Source: a virus (taxonomy: Duplodnaviria > Caudoviricetes). From it: a DNA stretch of 25,339 nucleotides. Positions within the stretch are counted from its first letter, which is position 1; every line of letters begins with the position of its first letter. This document shows positions 16,452-24,243 of this stretch, in pieces. The DNA is taken from positions 1 through 25,339 of the IMG/VR virus record IMGVR_UViG_3300023256_001082; one strand, 5' to 3'. A program made the position numbers and the translations under genes. The notes under the pieces were generated by a model. That model was not told where the DNA came from and did not search any database. It saw only the letters and a list, made by a program, of their open reading frames with translations.

Positions 16452-16508
16452 TTTTCAAACAAGGTAGCTTTTATAAAAACAGGGTAAAAGCTATCTATTT
16501 GAGAATTA
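16449..16508 (+). other. Stop-codon-anchored stem-loop, loop TAAAAACAGGG
   Basis: Stem 16462-16473/16485-16496 plus outer TAATTTTCAAA/TTTGAGAATTA. Confidence 0.8.
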
Positions 16509-16544
16509 AAAAATAATTGCTTGAAATAGGCAAGTTAATTAAAA

Positions 16545-16688
16545 ATGAAAAATAAAAAACTTTATCGGGCTTTAAGCAAAGATAATTTTCATTTTGATAT
16601 TATCGCAAAAAATAAAGAGCAAGTAAAAAAAGCAATAACCTTTAAGGGATTTGATTTAAAAAACTGGATAATTGAACGAATTAGATAA
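16545..16688 (+). CDS. 47-aa hypothetical protein
   Basis: Manual translation MKNKKLYRALSKDNFHFDIIAKNKEQVKKAITFKGFDLKNWIIERIR. Confidence 0.65.
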   Translation: MKNKKLYRALSKDNFHFDIIAKNKEQVKKAITFKGFDLKNWIIERIR

Positions 16689-16745
16689 TTTTTCAACAAG
16701 GGTTATTATTGTCCTATTAAATAATAACTCTTAATTGGTAAATTA
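16686..16745 (+). other. Stop-codon-anchored stem-loop, loop GTCCTATTA
   Basis: Stem 16698-16710/16720-16732. Confidence 0.8.
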
Positions 16746-16897
16746 TTAGTATTTTTAACAATTTAGCAAAAAAACATAGTGTCTAATTGCTCTTGTAAGC
16801 GATTTATATGGTTTAGATGTAGTTTAGTATAGGATTTGACAGGGGGGTTTATGTCTATCCATTGGGAACTTTTATGTTTTAAACCTAATTTTAAGGG

Positions 16898-16942
16898 TGT
16901 GGAAAACTATCTGTTGACTAGGGGGGTATGATATGCTATTAT
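16898..16942 (+). promoter_or_regulatory. Inverted DnaA box plus second early promoter
   Basis: TGTGGAAAA at 16898-16906; TTGACT(16914)-17 nt including G6-TATTAT with extended TG. Confidence 0.7.
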
Positions 16943-16965
16943 AACCTTGTAAGGGGATAACTATT

Positions 16966-17142
16966 ATGACAAAAGAAAAACTAGAAAAAGAGATAGAAAA
17001 AACAGAGAATATAGTATTAAAAAGGTGGTTTCTTGATAGTAATAGATCAAGAATAGATATATTAACAGGCAATTATTTAGATAGTTATGAGTTTGATAAG
17101 TATAATTCTTTAAAAATTGAGTTGGCGAGTTTGAAAGGATAG
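16966..17142 (+). CDS. 58-aa hypothetical protein
   Basis: Manual translation MTKEKLEKEIEKTENIVLKRWF...; directly after the promoter with AAGGGG upstream. Confidence 0.65.
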   Translation: MTKEKLEKEIEKTENIVLKRWFLDSNRSRIDILTGNYLDSYEFDKYNSLKIELASLKG

Positions 17143-17312
17143 GGGTAGGGGATTTGAAACTCTTAATATATCCATATAAAAAAATACAATTCTAGCTTTA
17201 AAGATATTCTAATTTTACAATTTACTTTACCTAACCTTAACCCTATCATTAACCTATTGTTTATCCTTTTATCTTTACTATTTATTATATATTTAGATAA
17301 GGGCAAAAAATT

Positions 17313-17468
17313 ATGACAAAAACATATTGTAAAAAATGTAAAAAAGAGGTTGATGTTTTAGAATTATTTACTGGTGATATATGTGTAAAATGTTATGAAA
17401 AAGAATATAATAAATTATCAGAAAAAGATAGAAAGCCAGTATTTGATAATAGTTTATTAAAGGTTTAA
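17313..17468 (+). CDS. 51-aa CxxC-CxxC zinc-finger protein
   Basis: MTKTYCKKCKKEVDVLELFTGDICVKCYEKEY... Confidence 0.7.
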   Translation: MTKTYCKKCKKEVDVLELFTGDICVKCYEKEYNKLSEKDRKPVFDNSLLKV

Positions 17469-17485
17469 TAAGAAAGGCAAAAATT

Positions 17486-17782
17486 ATGACAAAGTTAATT
17501 AAAACAAATGGGGAAATTATAGAAGTATCCCCTAAAAATAAAAAAGCATTTTCCTATAATGAATTAAAAGATTATGTGGGTGGTATGATAGAAATAGTCC
17601 CACTACCAAGCGGAAAAGAGTTTGTGATCAATGAAGAGGGAAAATTGATAGGATTAGAGAAAAATGAGGAAGCAACAAAGATTTGGAAAGAGGAATATCC
17701 TATTAACAAATATCCTGATAACAATGACGAGCTTATTGTTGGTAATGCTCTATTGGTAGAAAAATTATCAGAATTAGGTTAA
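17486..17782 (+). CDS. DUF3846-like protein
   Basis: ELKDYVGGMIE..INEEGKLIGLEKNEEAT..IVGNALL. Confidence 0.75.
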   Translation: MTKLIKTNGEIIEVSPKNKKAFSYNELKDYVGGMIEIVPLPSGKEFVINEEGKLIGLEKNEEATKIWKEEYPINKYPDNNDELIVGNALLVEKLSELG

Positions 17783-17785
17783 ATT

Positions 17786-18001
17786 ATGCTAGGTAAAAAG
17801 ATTAAAAAGAAAGTATGGAGTAGAAAGGGGAAATGTCCGTATTGTAAAGTTGGTTCTGGTAGCAAACATAGTAAAAAGTGTAAATTAGATTATAGAACTT
17901 TTGATAAGTATAAAGTAAAAGGAAATGATGTGATATTTTCTAAACCCACTATAATAAAGCATATAATAAATATAATAATTAAAGCAAAAAAATTATGTTA
18001 G
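17786..18001 (+). CDS. Basic hypothetical protein with CxxC..H..C
   Basis: ORF track. Confidence 0.65.
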   Translation: MLGKKIKKKVWSRKGKCPYCKVGSGSKHSKKCKLDYRTFDKYKVKGNDVIFSKPTIIKHIINIIIKAKKLC

Positions 18002-18252
18002 TCAAACTATCTAATCAAGGAACACCCAATAAAAACATTGTCTTTATTGGCAACCTAACATTATATTTTAGCTATAAAACCATTATTGCGTTTAGTAGTC
18101 CAAAAACAGGATTTGTATGTAGGGAAAATAGTTGGTCAACAACAACAGGAAAGTTCTTAAATGAAATATGTCCTGATCATAAGAAAAGAATAAAAAGTGA
18201 AGAGTTTGAGAAACAATTAGAAAAGCTATTAAAAAGAATTAAGGTTGTATAA
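17995..18252 (+). CDS. Conserved phage hypothetical protein
   Basis: FSYKTIIAF..WSTTTGKFLN motif. Confidence 0.75.
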   Translation: MLVKLSNQGTPNKNIVFIGNLTLYFSYKTIIAFSSPKTGFVCRENSWSTTTGKFLNEICPDHKKRIKSEEFEKQLEKLLKRIKVV

Positions 18253-18256
18253 TCCT

Positions 18257-18445
18257 ATGAGAATATATCTAAATAAAAATAATGCTAATATCTATTTTAA
18301 AGAAGGTAATCTTATAAAAGCAGTTCCAATTTCCTATGACGAAGTAATAGATTTTGAAAAAGACGCTTGTGATGTTATTCCTGATGATTTAGATGAGTGG
18401 AACGAAAAAGAATATCTAAAAATAGAGAAAGCATTAAAATTATGA
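18257..18445 (+). CDS. Hypothetical protein
   Basis: ORF track (18245 TTG start); ATG at 18257 is preferred. Confidence 0.6.
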   Translation: MRIYLNKNNANIYFKEGNLIKAVPISYDEVIDFEKDACDVIPDDLDEWNEKEYLKIEKALKL

Positions 18446-18615
18446 AACACAATAAATATACAGCTTGGATAGAAAAAGAGGGGAAAGCAAAAAAAAGATT
18501 ATGTTCTTATACACTTTATGCCTTTACAATAACACAAGCAAGAATACTAGCAAAGGCAGACGCTATAAAAATGGGTTTTAATTACAAATTAGTAAAGATC
18601 ATAAAAGACGATTAA
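18442..18615 (+). CDS. Hypothetical protein
   Basis: ORF track; start placed at the ATGA overlap at 18442. Confidence 0.6.
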   Translation: MKHNKYTAWIEKEGKAKKRLCSYTLYAFTITQARILAKADAIKMGFNYKLVKIIKDD

Positions 18616-18623
18616 AGAATAAT

Positions 18624-18911
18624 ATGGCTCAACATATCCCTATTAAAGAATTAAAGCAAAAGGTATTTAAAAAGATAGAAGAAACTATTAAGAAAGATTT
18701 TGAAAGACCATATACATACCTTAAAACTTCTTTTAGATATAATTTTGATATAGGACTATCAGATTTTTACAAAGCCAATAATGACGAGGAAGTTTATTTA
18801 TGTGAAAGGTATATTGGTAAAGGATTTATTTATGGATCAAAAAGAGGGGGGTTTGAAATACATTTTGATAAGGTCAAAAAGAAAATCAATAATATTTATT
18901 TAGTAGCATAA
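18624..18911 (+). CDS. Hypothetical protein
   Basis: ORF track. Confidence 0.7.
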   Translation: MAQHIPIKELKQKVFKKIEETIKKDFERPYTYLKTSFRYNFDIGLSDFYKANNDEEVYLCERYIGKGFIYGSKRGGFEIHFDKVKKKINNIYLVA

Positions 18912-18915
18912 AATT

Positions 18916-19089
18916 ATGGCAAAAATAAAAACATTTAAAGTATCGGTAAATTGGGATACAGATAATCAAAAAGTAGATTTACCAAAAGTGGTAAAAATAC
19001 CTGAACATATTAGAAAAGAGGATAGAATAGCAGATTATCTATCAGACGAATATGGTTGGTGTGTTAATAGTTATGTTGAATTAGAATAG
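18916..19089 (+). CDS. 57-aa hypothetical protein
   Basis: Manual translation MAKIKTFKVSVNWDTDNQKVDLPKVVKIP..IADYLSDEYGWCVNSY. Confidence 0.75.
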   Translation: MAKIKTFKVSVNWDTDNQKVDLPKVVKIPEHIRKEDRIADYLSDEYGWCVNSYVELE

Positions 19090-19188
19090 GTTTAATCCAT
19101 TAAAATTGAGATAATCTAATAACGCACATTGCTTATGGGTTTCAAAATTAAGGTGGCTAAATTATCTCAATTTTAAGGGATTAAACTT
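19088..19188 (+). other. Long stop-anchored inverted repeat
   Basis: 28-bp stem 19088-19115/19161-19188 (26 WC, 1 G-U, 1 mismatch) with a 45-nt loop. Confidence 0.8.
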
Positions 19189-19381
19189 GGTATAAGTGGT
19201 ATAAAAAAAATAATTAAATTAGAAACTTCACAAAGGTTATCCTATAAGAAGTTGTCAAATCTATTATAATAATTATCATACTTCCTTGCTTATCAAGTTT
19301 GATCCCTGATATACCCAATTTATTATAGTGATTTACTGGAAATTAAATATAAACTATCACTTAATTTCCTAAAAAGTTAAG

Positions 19382-19395
19382 TGAACCTGTGTTCA
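19382..19395. promoter_or_regulatory. TGAACCTGTGTTCA operator candidate
   Basis: Identical copies at 20434 and 24713. Confidence 0.65.
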
Positions 19396-19552
19396 AAAAT
19401 GAATTGAACCTATGTGATAAGAATTAAGTTTAATTTAATACAGACCAACTTAAAAAAATAGAAACTAAACAAAAATATAAAAATACAACTTAACTTACCT
19501 TTCCATTATAACAAAATCAAGAGCAAAGGTCAAATCAATTAACCTAAAAATT

Positions 19553-20206
19553 ATGACTAAAAAAACAAAAAATCAAGGCACTTTATTAAATCGCTTTAAT
19601 TTCCTAATCCATACCTTTTGCGATAAAACCCCAACAAGACCTGAAATCAATGGTGTATTTATAAGTCCAAAAGAAACCTGTGCCACAGATACCCATAAAA
19701 TAATTAAGGTGGATACTCCAAAAGACCTTGACTCTAATGATTATCCAGTTATCCCCAACAGACCAAAGCCATTAAGCGATTTTAAGAGCTTTATTCTACC
19801 AAAGGAAAAAACAAAAGATGTTTTAAATATATTTAATAGTCAAAAAAGTTCTGATACTTTACCAATTTTAGATAATGCTGTGATAGTTAGAAATGGTAAA
19901 GAAATGGTTGAGATAGGCAAAACCGATCTTGAAAGTTTTAATTCGGTAATGAGTAGAAAAATTGAGGGGGATTTTCCAAACTATAAAGAGTTGTTTGTTG
20001 AAAGAGGTAAGTTTATAGAAATCCTAGTGAACCCAAAGCTCTTAAAAGAGATAGCAGATTTTTATATTAGTTTTGTTGATACTTTTGTTGAAGAAATAAA
20101 AATTAAAGTTCCAGTAAAGACAGACGAACCAATTAGATTTTATGGAAAGAGAAAAAGTGGGCAAGAAGCAAAGGCAATGCTTATGCCTATCAAAGATAAT
20201 AAATAA
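19553..20206 (+). CDS. DNA polymerase III beta-clamp-like protein (truncated, about two domains)
   Basis: TRPEINGVF..ATDTHKI, IEGDFPNYKELF and C-terminal LMPIK resemble DnaN central and C-terminal motifs. Confidence 0.7.
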   Translation: MTKKTKNQGTLLNRFNFLIHTFCDKTPTRPEINGVFISPKETCATDTHKIIKVDTPKDLDSNDYPVIPNRPKPLSDFKSFILPKEKTKDVLNIFNSQKSSDTLPILDNAVIVRNGKEMVEIGKTDLESFNSVMSRKIEGDFPNYKELFVERGKFIEILVNPKLLKEIADFYISFVDTFVEEIKIKVPVKTDEPIRFYGKRKSGQEAKAMLMPIKDNK

Positions 20207-20208
20207 TA

Positions 20209-20351
20209 AATTGGTTCTTGAAAGCTGGGTCTTAATGATAAGAAATAGAAGTATTGGGTAGCACCCTTTCTCTTATCTTGGAAAATAGAGCTTTAAAAGT
20301 GTGGATAGAAAATTGCCTCACCCCACGCACCCAGCTTTCAGGATACTAATT
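20209..20351 (+). ncRNA. Candidate multibranch structured RNA
   Basis: P1 20216-20230/20329-20343, P2 20237-20243/20271-20277, P3 20299-20304/20323-20328. Confidence 0.5.
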
Positions 20352-20433
20352 ACAAGGGTTCTAAAACTTAATAGAAGTGCTGATAAGAAAATCTGATATT
20401 TCATTAACTAATTAGATAAGAACATAAAGAAAT

Positions 20434-20447
20434 TGAACCTGTGTTCA
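20434..20447. promoter_or_regulatory. TGAACCTGTGTTCA operator candidate
   Basis: Exact repeat of 19382. Confidence 0.65.
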
Positions 20448-20694
20448 AAATCTCTTGTTCAGAAACTACTATATTGTCTTAATTAGTTCGTCTGTAATGA
20501 TTTTAATTTCTAATCTGATACTTCTAAATAGTTTTAATAATTGCTTGTAAGAAGTTTTTGATGACAGCTTGAAACAGACGAGCTGACTTATAGAAAATAG
20601 TTCTTGCCTTTACATTTCTTTTATAGAAATTAACTGATAGCAATTTTAGGGAGGGACTTTGGTAGTTTCTAACTCCCTTGCTATCATTAAAATT

Positions 20695-20922
20695 ATGAAA
20701 TCATTTATTTTTGCTTTAATAACAACATTATTTATCGTTTTAATTATCACTACATTTATTACTATTAATCTTTTCTTTGAGTATTTAAAGATCAATGAAG
20801 TAATTAAAAATGAAAACTGGGACTTAACAAGAGAAAATACACGATTAGAACAATTAGTAAATGCCTGTGCCAAAGAATTAAAAGAGTGTAAGGGTGATTT
20901 AGATAAGATAATAGATAGATAA
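20695..20922 (+). CDS. Membrane-anchored coiled-coil protein
   Basis: Hydrophobic N-terminus followed by heptad-like region; start reassigned to AAAATTATG at 20695. Confidence 0.7.
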   Translation: MKSFIFALITTLFIVLIITTFITINLFFEYLKINEVIKNENWDLTRENTRLEQLVNACAKELKECKGDLDKIIDR

Positions 20923-20926
20923 TAAT

Positions 20927-21247
20927 ATGAAAAAACCAAAACTAATTATACATCAACCCAAAATAAAAGGTTGTGATGATAGCTTCTTTTACGAGGGTTT
21001 AATCGCTGAAAAAGGAAAGTATAAAATGTATGCTGTTGGGGAAATTAGAATAGACAAGAATAATGAGCTTGTATATGATAACAAAGAAAGAAATAATGGC
21101 TTTGGTTTCAGGGTGGAAAGCGATAAAGATTTAATGAAAGTAAATGAAGATAATGGTTTTATTTGGCAGATGAATAATTGGTTTGATGTTGACGAAGTAG
21201 CGTTTTATTCTTACAAAGAAGCATTAAATTATTTAAAATCTTTATAA
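20927..21247 (+). CDS. Hypothetical protein
   Basis: ORF track. Confidence 0.75.
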   Translation: MKKPKLIIHQPKIKGCDDSFFYEGLIAEKGKYKMYAVGEIRIDKNNELVYDNKERNNGFGFRVESDKDLMKVNEDNGFIWQMNNWFDVDEVAFYSYKEALNYLKSL

Positions 21248-21251
21248 AATT

Positions 21252-21455
21252 ATGTGGAAAAAAATCTATGTGATCTATCCTAAAAAGTTCACTACCCAAA
21301 AACAAATAATGGATTATTTAGAAAAAAATGGTGATGTAGAAAGTTTTACAACTTTGAAAAAAGCAAAAGCATATCAGAAAAAATGGGGTGGTTGGATAAA
21401 TGTAGAGGACGCTGATGAGGAATTGTGTAAAGAAATTGATAAATATACAAAATAA
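21252..21455 (+). CDS. Hypothetical protein
   Basis: ORF track. Confidence 0.7.
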   Translation: MWKKIYVIYPKKFTTQKQIMDYLEKNGDVESFTTLKKAKAYQKKWGGWINVEDADEELCKEIDKYTK

Positions 21456-21458
21456 ATT

Positions 21459-22151
21459 ATGTTAAAACAACATCAAATACTACAAAAATTTGTCTTGGGG
21501 GTTAAAGAGGAGTTGGCTAATTCATTGATAGTAATAGGAAAAGCTGGAACAGGCAAAACAGAAACGATCTTGAACAGCTTAAAAGAGCTTAAAATGAAAG
21601 AGGACGAACATTACAGATTTATCAATAATTATTCAAGTCCTTTGGAACTCTACAATATAGTAAGAAGTGTCAATAATTTAAAGAAACCAAAAATCCTTGT
21701 AATAGACGATTGTGAAGAAATACTTGATAGTCAAAGATCAGTAGGTATATTAAGAAGTGCCTTATGGTCAACCCCTGACGGAAAAAGAAGAGTTTGTTGG
21801 CACTCAACAAGCTCAAAAGTTGAAAGTCAAAGTTTTGAGTTCACTGGTAGAATTATATTTCTTGTAAATAAATTGAACTTGAAAAATAGTTTAATTAAAG
21901 CTCTTGTTAGTAGGGGATTATATTACAATATAGAGTTAAGCAATAAAGAAATACTAGAATTAATAAGAGAAAGAGCCAAGAAGCCCTATAAAAAGCTAAC
22001 TATTAGACAAAGGGGAAAAATAGTTGCTTACATAGGGGAAATTAGTGGATATTCAGAAAAACTTACCTTACGAACCCTGATACAAGCATATAATCTCTTT
22101 ATTTTAAGCCCAAATCACTGGCAAGAATTATTAGATAAAACATTAAAATAA
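21459..22151 (+). CDS. P-loop (AAA-like) ATPase
   Basis: Walker A GKAGTGKT and Walker B ILVIDDCE. Confidence 0.85.
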   Translation: MLKQHQILQKFVLGVKEELANSLIVIGKAGTGKTETILNSLKELKMKEDEHYRFINNYSSPLELYNIVRSVNNLKKPKILVIDDCEEILDSQRSVGILRSALWSTPDGKRRVCWHSTSSKVESQSFEFTGRIIFLVNKLNLKNSLIKALVSRGLYYNIELSNKEILELIRERAKKPYKKLTIRQRGKIVAYIGEISGYSEKLTLRTLIQAYNLFILSPNHWQELLDKTLK

Positions 22152-22158
22152 TAAAAAT

Positions 22159-22254
22159 ATGTATATAAATCTTTTAGATTTAGCAATAGGATTAGTTCCA
22201 ATTATTTTAATCTTAACCTTTTTAATGATATTTTTTGGCACAATAAAAAACTAA
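22159..22254 (+). CDS. 31-aa membrane peptide
   Basis: MYINLLDLAIGLVPIILILTFLMIFFGTIKN with an A-rich leader. Confidence 0.5.
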   Translation: MYINLLDLAIGLVPIILILTFLMIFFGTIKN

Positions 22255-22278
22255 CTAAATACATAAAAAAATAAAACT

Positions 22279-22536
22279 ATGAAAAAATTTCAATGCCCAT
22301 ATTGTAATTGCGATCTAACAAAAGAGGGAATTATATTAGAAGAAATAGGATCAGTTGTTCGTCTTATTAAATATAATTCAAAGGGCTTATACGAAAGTAA
22401 TGACAAAATAAATGGTCAAACAGATGAATACATTGCCTCTTGTGGAAATTGTGCTAAAGCCCTTGATATAGAATTAGGTGATATTTGGGATACCTTGCCT
22501 GAAATAATAGATAAAAGCGAACGAATAATAAATTAA
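22279..22536 (+). CDS. Zinc-ribbon protein
   Basis: CPYC...CGNC. Confidence 0.7.
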   Translation: MKKFQCPYCNCDLTKEGIILEEIGSVVRLIKYNSKGLYESNDKINGQTDEYIASCGNCAKALDIELGDIWDTLPEIIDKSERIIN

Positions 22537-22548
22537 CACTAATAAATT

Positions 22549-22773
22549 ATGGATAAAGAAACATACAAAGCATTAAAAAGAATAATTGATTTTACGAGAG
22601 GAAAAAGAAAAGAGTTAAAGAATAACGATATTAAGAAAGTAGAAGGTTGGATAGATGAAGTTAAAAAAGAATATATTGATCCAAGTGAAATAATTTGTGA
22701 AGGTTGTGGAAAAAATATATTAGAAGGAGAAAGTGTAATAAATGGAGAGAATAGACATAGCGTCTGTTCCTAA
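22549..22773 (+). CDS. Hypothetical protein with C-terminal CxxC..HxxC
   Basis: ORF track. Confidence 0.7.
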   Translation: MDKETYKALKRIIDFTRGKRKELKNNDIKKVEGWIDEVKKEYIDPSEIICEGCGKNILEGESVINGENRHSVCS

Positions 22774-22810
22774 CTTCTTGGGAGTTATAAATTAAGCCCG
22801 TTTATTTAAA

Positions 22811-22972
22811 ATGCCTATTTATAGATTTTCTACTAATAGAATAAATTACTATGATGTAGAAGCCCCAAATCAAGAGAAAGCATTAGAAAAGTTAGAAAAA
22901 GATCCTTTAGAATATTCTGCTGATATCTATGCTGAAGATCCAGAATTTGAGTTTGAAGATATTGTTGGATAA
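22811..22972 (+). CDS. 53-aa hypothetical protein
   Basis: Manual translation MPIYRFSTNRINYYDVEAPNQEKALEKLEKD... Confidence 0.7.
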   Translation: MPIYRFSTNRINYYDVEAPNQEKALEKLEKDPLEYSADIYAEDPEFEFEDIVG

Positions 22973-23031
22973 CTTACAAACTGGCTACTTAACTATAATA
23001 CGGGCATAGTTGAGTATCCTCTTGGGAATTA
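22970..23031 (+). other. Stop-codon-anchored stem-loop, loop AATACGGGC
   Basis: Stem 22986-22996/23006-23016 with one G-U pair. Confidence 0.8.
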
Positions 23032-23052
23032 TAAATTAACCCGCACTTTAAA

Positions 23053-23202
23053 ATGGAAAAAGAATATAGTTATGTTGTTAAAATAGAATTTAGCGGACAA
23101 ACAACCGCAACATCTAAACAACAAGCAAAAGACATAATTAAAGATGATTATAAGCAAGAGTATGGATTAGACCTAGATAATAAAGAAATTACTATTGAGT
23201 AG
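23053..23202 (+). CDS. 49-aa hypothetical protein
   Basis: Manual translation MEKEYSYVVKIEFSGQTTATSKQQAKDIIKDDY... Confidence 0.7.
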   Translation: MEKEYSYVVKIEFSGQTTATSKQQAKDIIKDDYKQEYGLDLDNKEITIE

Positions 23203-23260
23203 TTTCCAAACTAGGTAGCCATTACAAAAAGTGGGGTAATGGCTATCCTTTTGGGAGTTA
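23200..23260 (+). other. Stop-codon-anchored stem-loop, loop AAAAAGTGGG
   Basis: Stem 23214-23225/23236-23247 plus outer TAGTTTCCAAA/TTTGGGAGTTA. Confidence 0.8.
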
Positions 23261-23297
23261 GTCGTCCTAGCTTACATTATATATAAAATATAAAAAT

Positions 23298-23489
23298 ATG
23301 GAAAAGAAGATTTATGTTATAAATTGTAATGAAGATTTTGACTTTAGAGAAGCTGAAAAAAGGGGAGATTTTGAGGGAATAATAACTAAAGCCGAAGAAA
23401 TTGGAAGTGTCTATTCTTTAAAAGGATTTCAAAATGCTTGTAATAATGAAGAACTATCACTTGAAAATAGCTTTATTTATATTAAATAG
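23298..23489 (+). CDS. Hypothetical protein
   Basis: ORF track. Confidence 0.7.
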   Translation: MEKKIYVINCNEDFDFREAEKRGDFEGIITKAEEIGSVYSLKGFQNACNNEELSLENSFIYIK

Positions 23490-23542
23490 TCCTAGTCAAA
23501 ATAAGAGTATGTTGGATCTTATAAATTAAATAGTATAGTATT

Positions 23543-23728
23543 ATGAAAAAGAAGTTTTTAGTAAGTGTTAGCGATTATTCTCATTATCTCGCCAAAGAAA
23601 TAGAAGCAGAAAACCAAGACGAAGCGAGTAAGATATATATGGAAATGGTAGCTAGCGGAGATGTAGAGGTAGTTAATAGTGATTATAGTGAGGTAAAAAT
23701 AAAAAAATTAGGAGAAATAATAATATGA
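23543..23728 (+). CDS. Hypothetical protein (IEAENQDEA motif)
   Basis: ORF track. Confidence 0.7.
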   Translation: MKKKFLVSVSDYSHYLAKEIEAENQDEASKIYMEMVASGDVEVVNSDYSEVKIKKLGEIII

Positions 23729-23892
23729 AAAAATTTAGAATTGGAGTATTTGAAGAACATAGTGGCTATATGGAAATAGAAGCCAAAACTAAAAAAGAAG
23801 CCGAAGAAAAAGCATTGGGGGAAGTAGTGGAAAAGGGAATAGACGCAATAGAGGACTTTGATATTACACATAGGGAAGTTTATTTAGTTTAA
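23725..23892 (+). CDS. 55-aa hypothetical protein (IEAKTKKEA motif)
   Basis: Manual translation MKKFRIGVFEEHSGYMEIEAKTKKEAEEKALGEVV...; ATGA overlap and AGGAG upstream. Confidence 0.75.
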   Translation: MKKFRIGVFEEHSGYMEIEAKTKKEAEEKALGEVVEKGIDAIEDFDITHREVYLV

Positions 23893-23951
23893 TTAGCCCA
23901 AGAATAATTATTAAATAAAGGTTGATCAATAAATTTTAATTACAAAAAATT

Positions 23952-24227
23952 ATGAAATATCAAGCAACTATTAAACTTTATAATATTCCTAATGAAGTGA
24001 AAGAAGAAGATTTGCCTGAATACTTTGAAAATTACATCAAAGAGTTTGGAATTATTAAAGAACAAATTAAAGAAATTAAAATGGAAACTTATACTGAAAA
24101 AGAACAAGAAGCAATGGATAAAGCCAAGAAAATTTTAACCAAAGCTGAATTATATATTGAAGCAAATGAAGATATGCCTGATAGTGATGAGCTTGAAAGA
24201 TGGTGTATTCACCCTAAAGAAGAATAA
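23952..24227 (+). CDS. Hypothetical protein
   Basis: ORF track. Confidence 0.7.
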   Translation: MKYQATIKLYNIPNEVKEEDLPEYFENYIKEFGIIKEQIKEIKMETYTEKEQEAMDKAKKILTKAELYIEANEDMPDSDELERWCIHPKEE

Positions 24228-24243
24228 TTAACTTATTAAAATT

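Noticed and set aside
13989-16745. Hairpins as ordinary intrinsic terminators
   Set aside because: No 3' U-tracts on the coding strand and no promoter behind most following genes.
13989-23260. Hairpins as integron attC sites
   Set aside because: No consistent RYYYAAC/GTTRRRY ends, no integrase in the window, and G-U bias favours the top strand whereas attC folds on the bottom strand. A different recombination role is not excluded.
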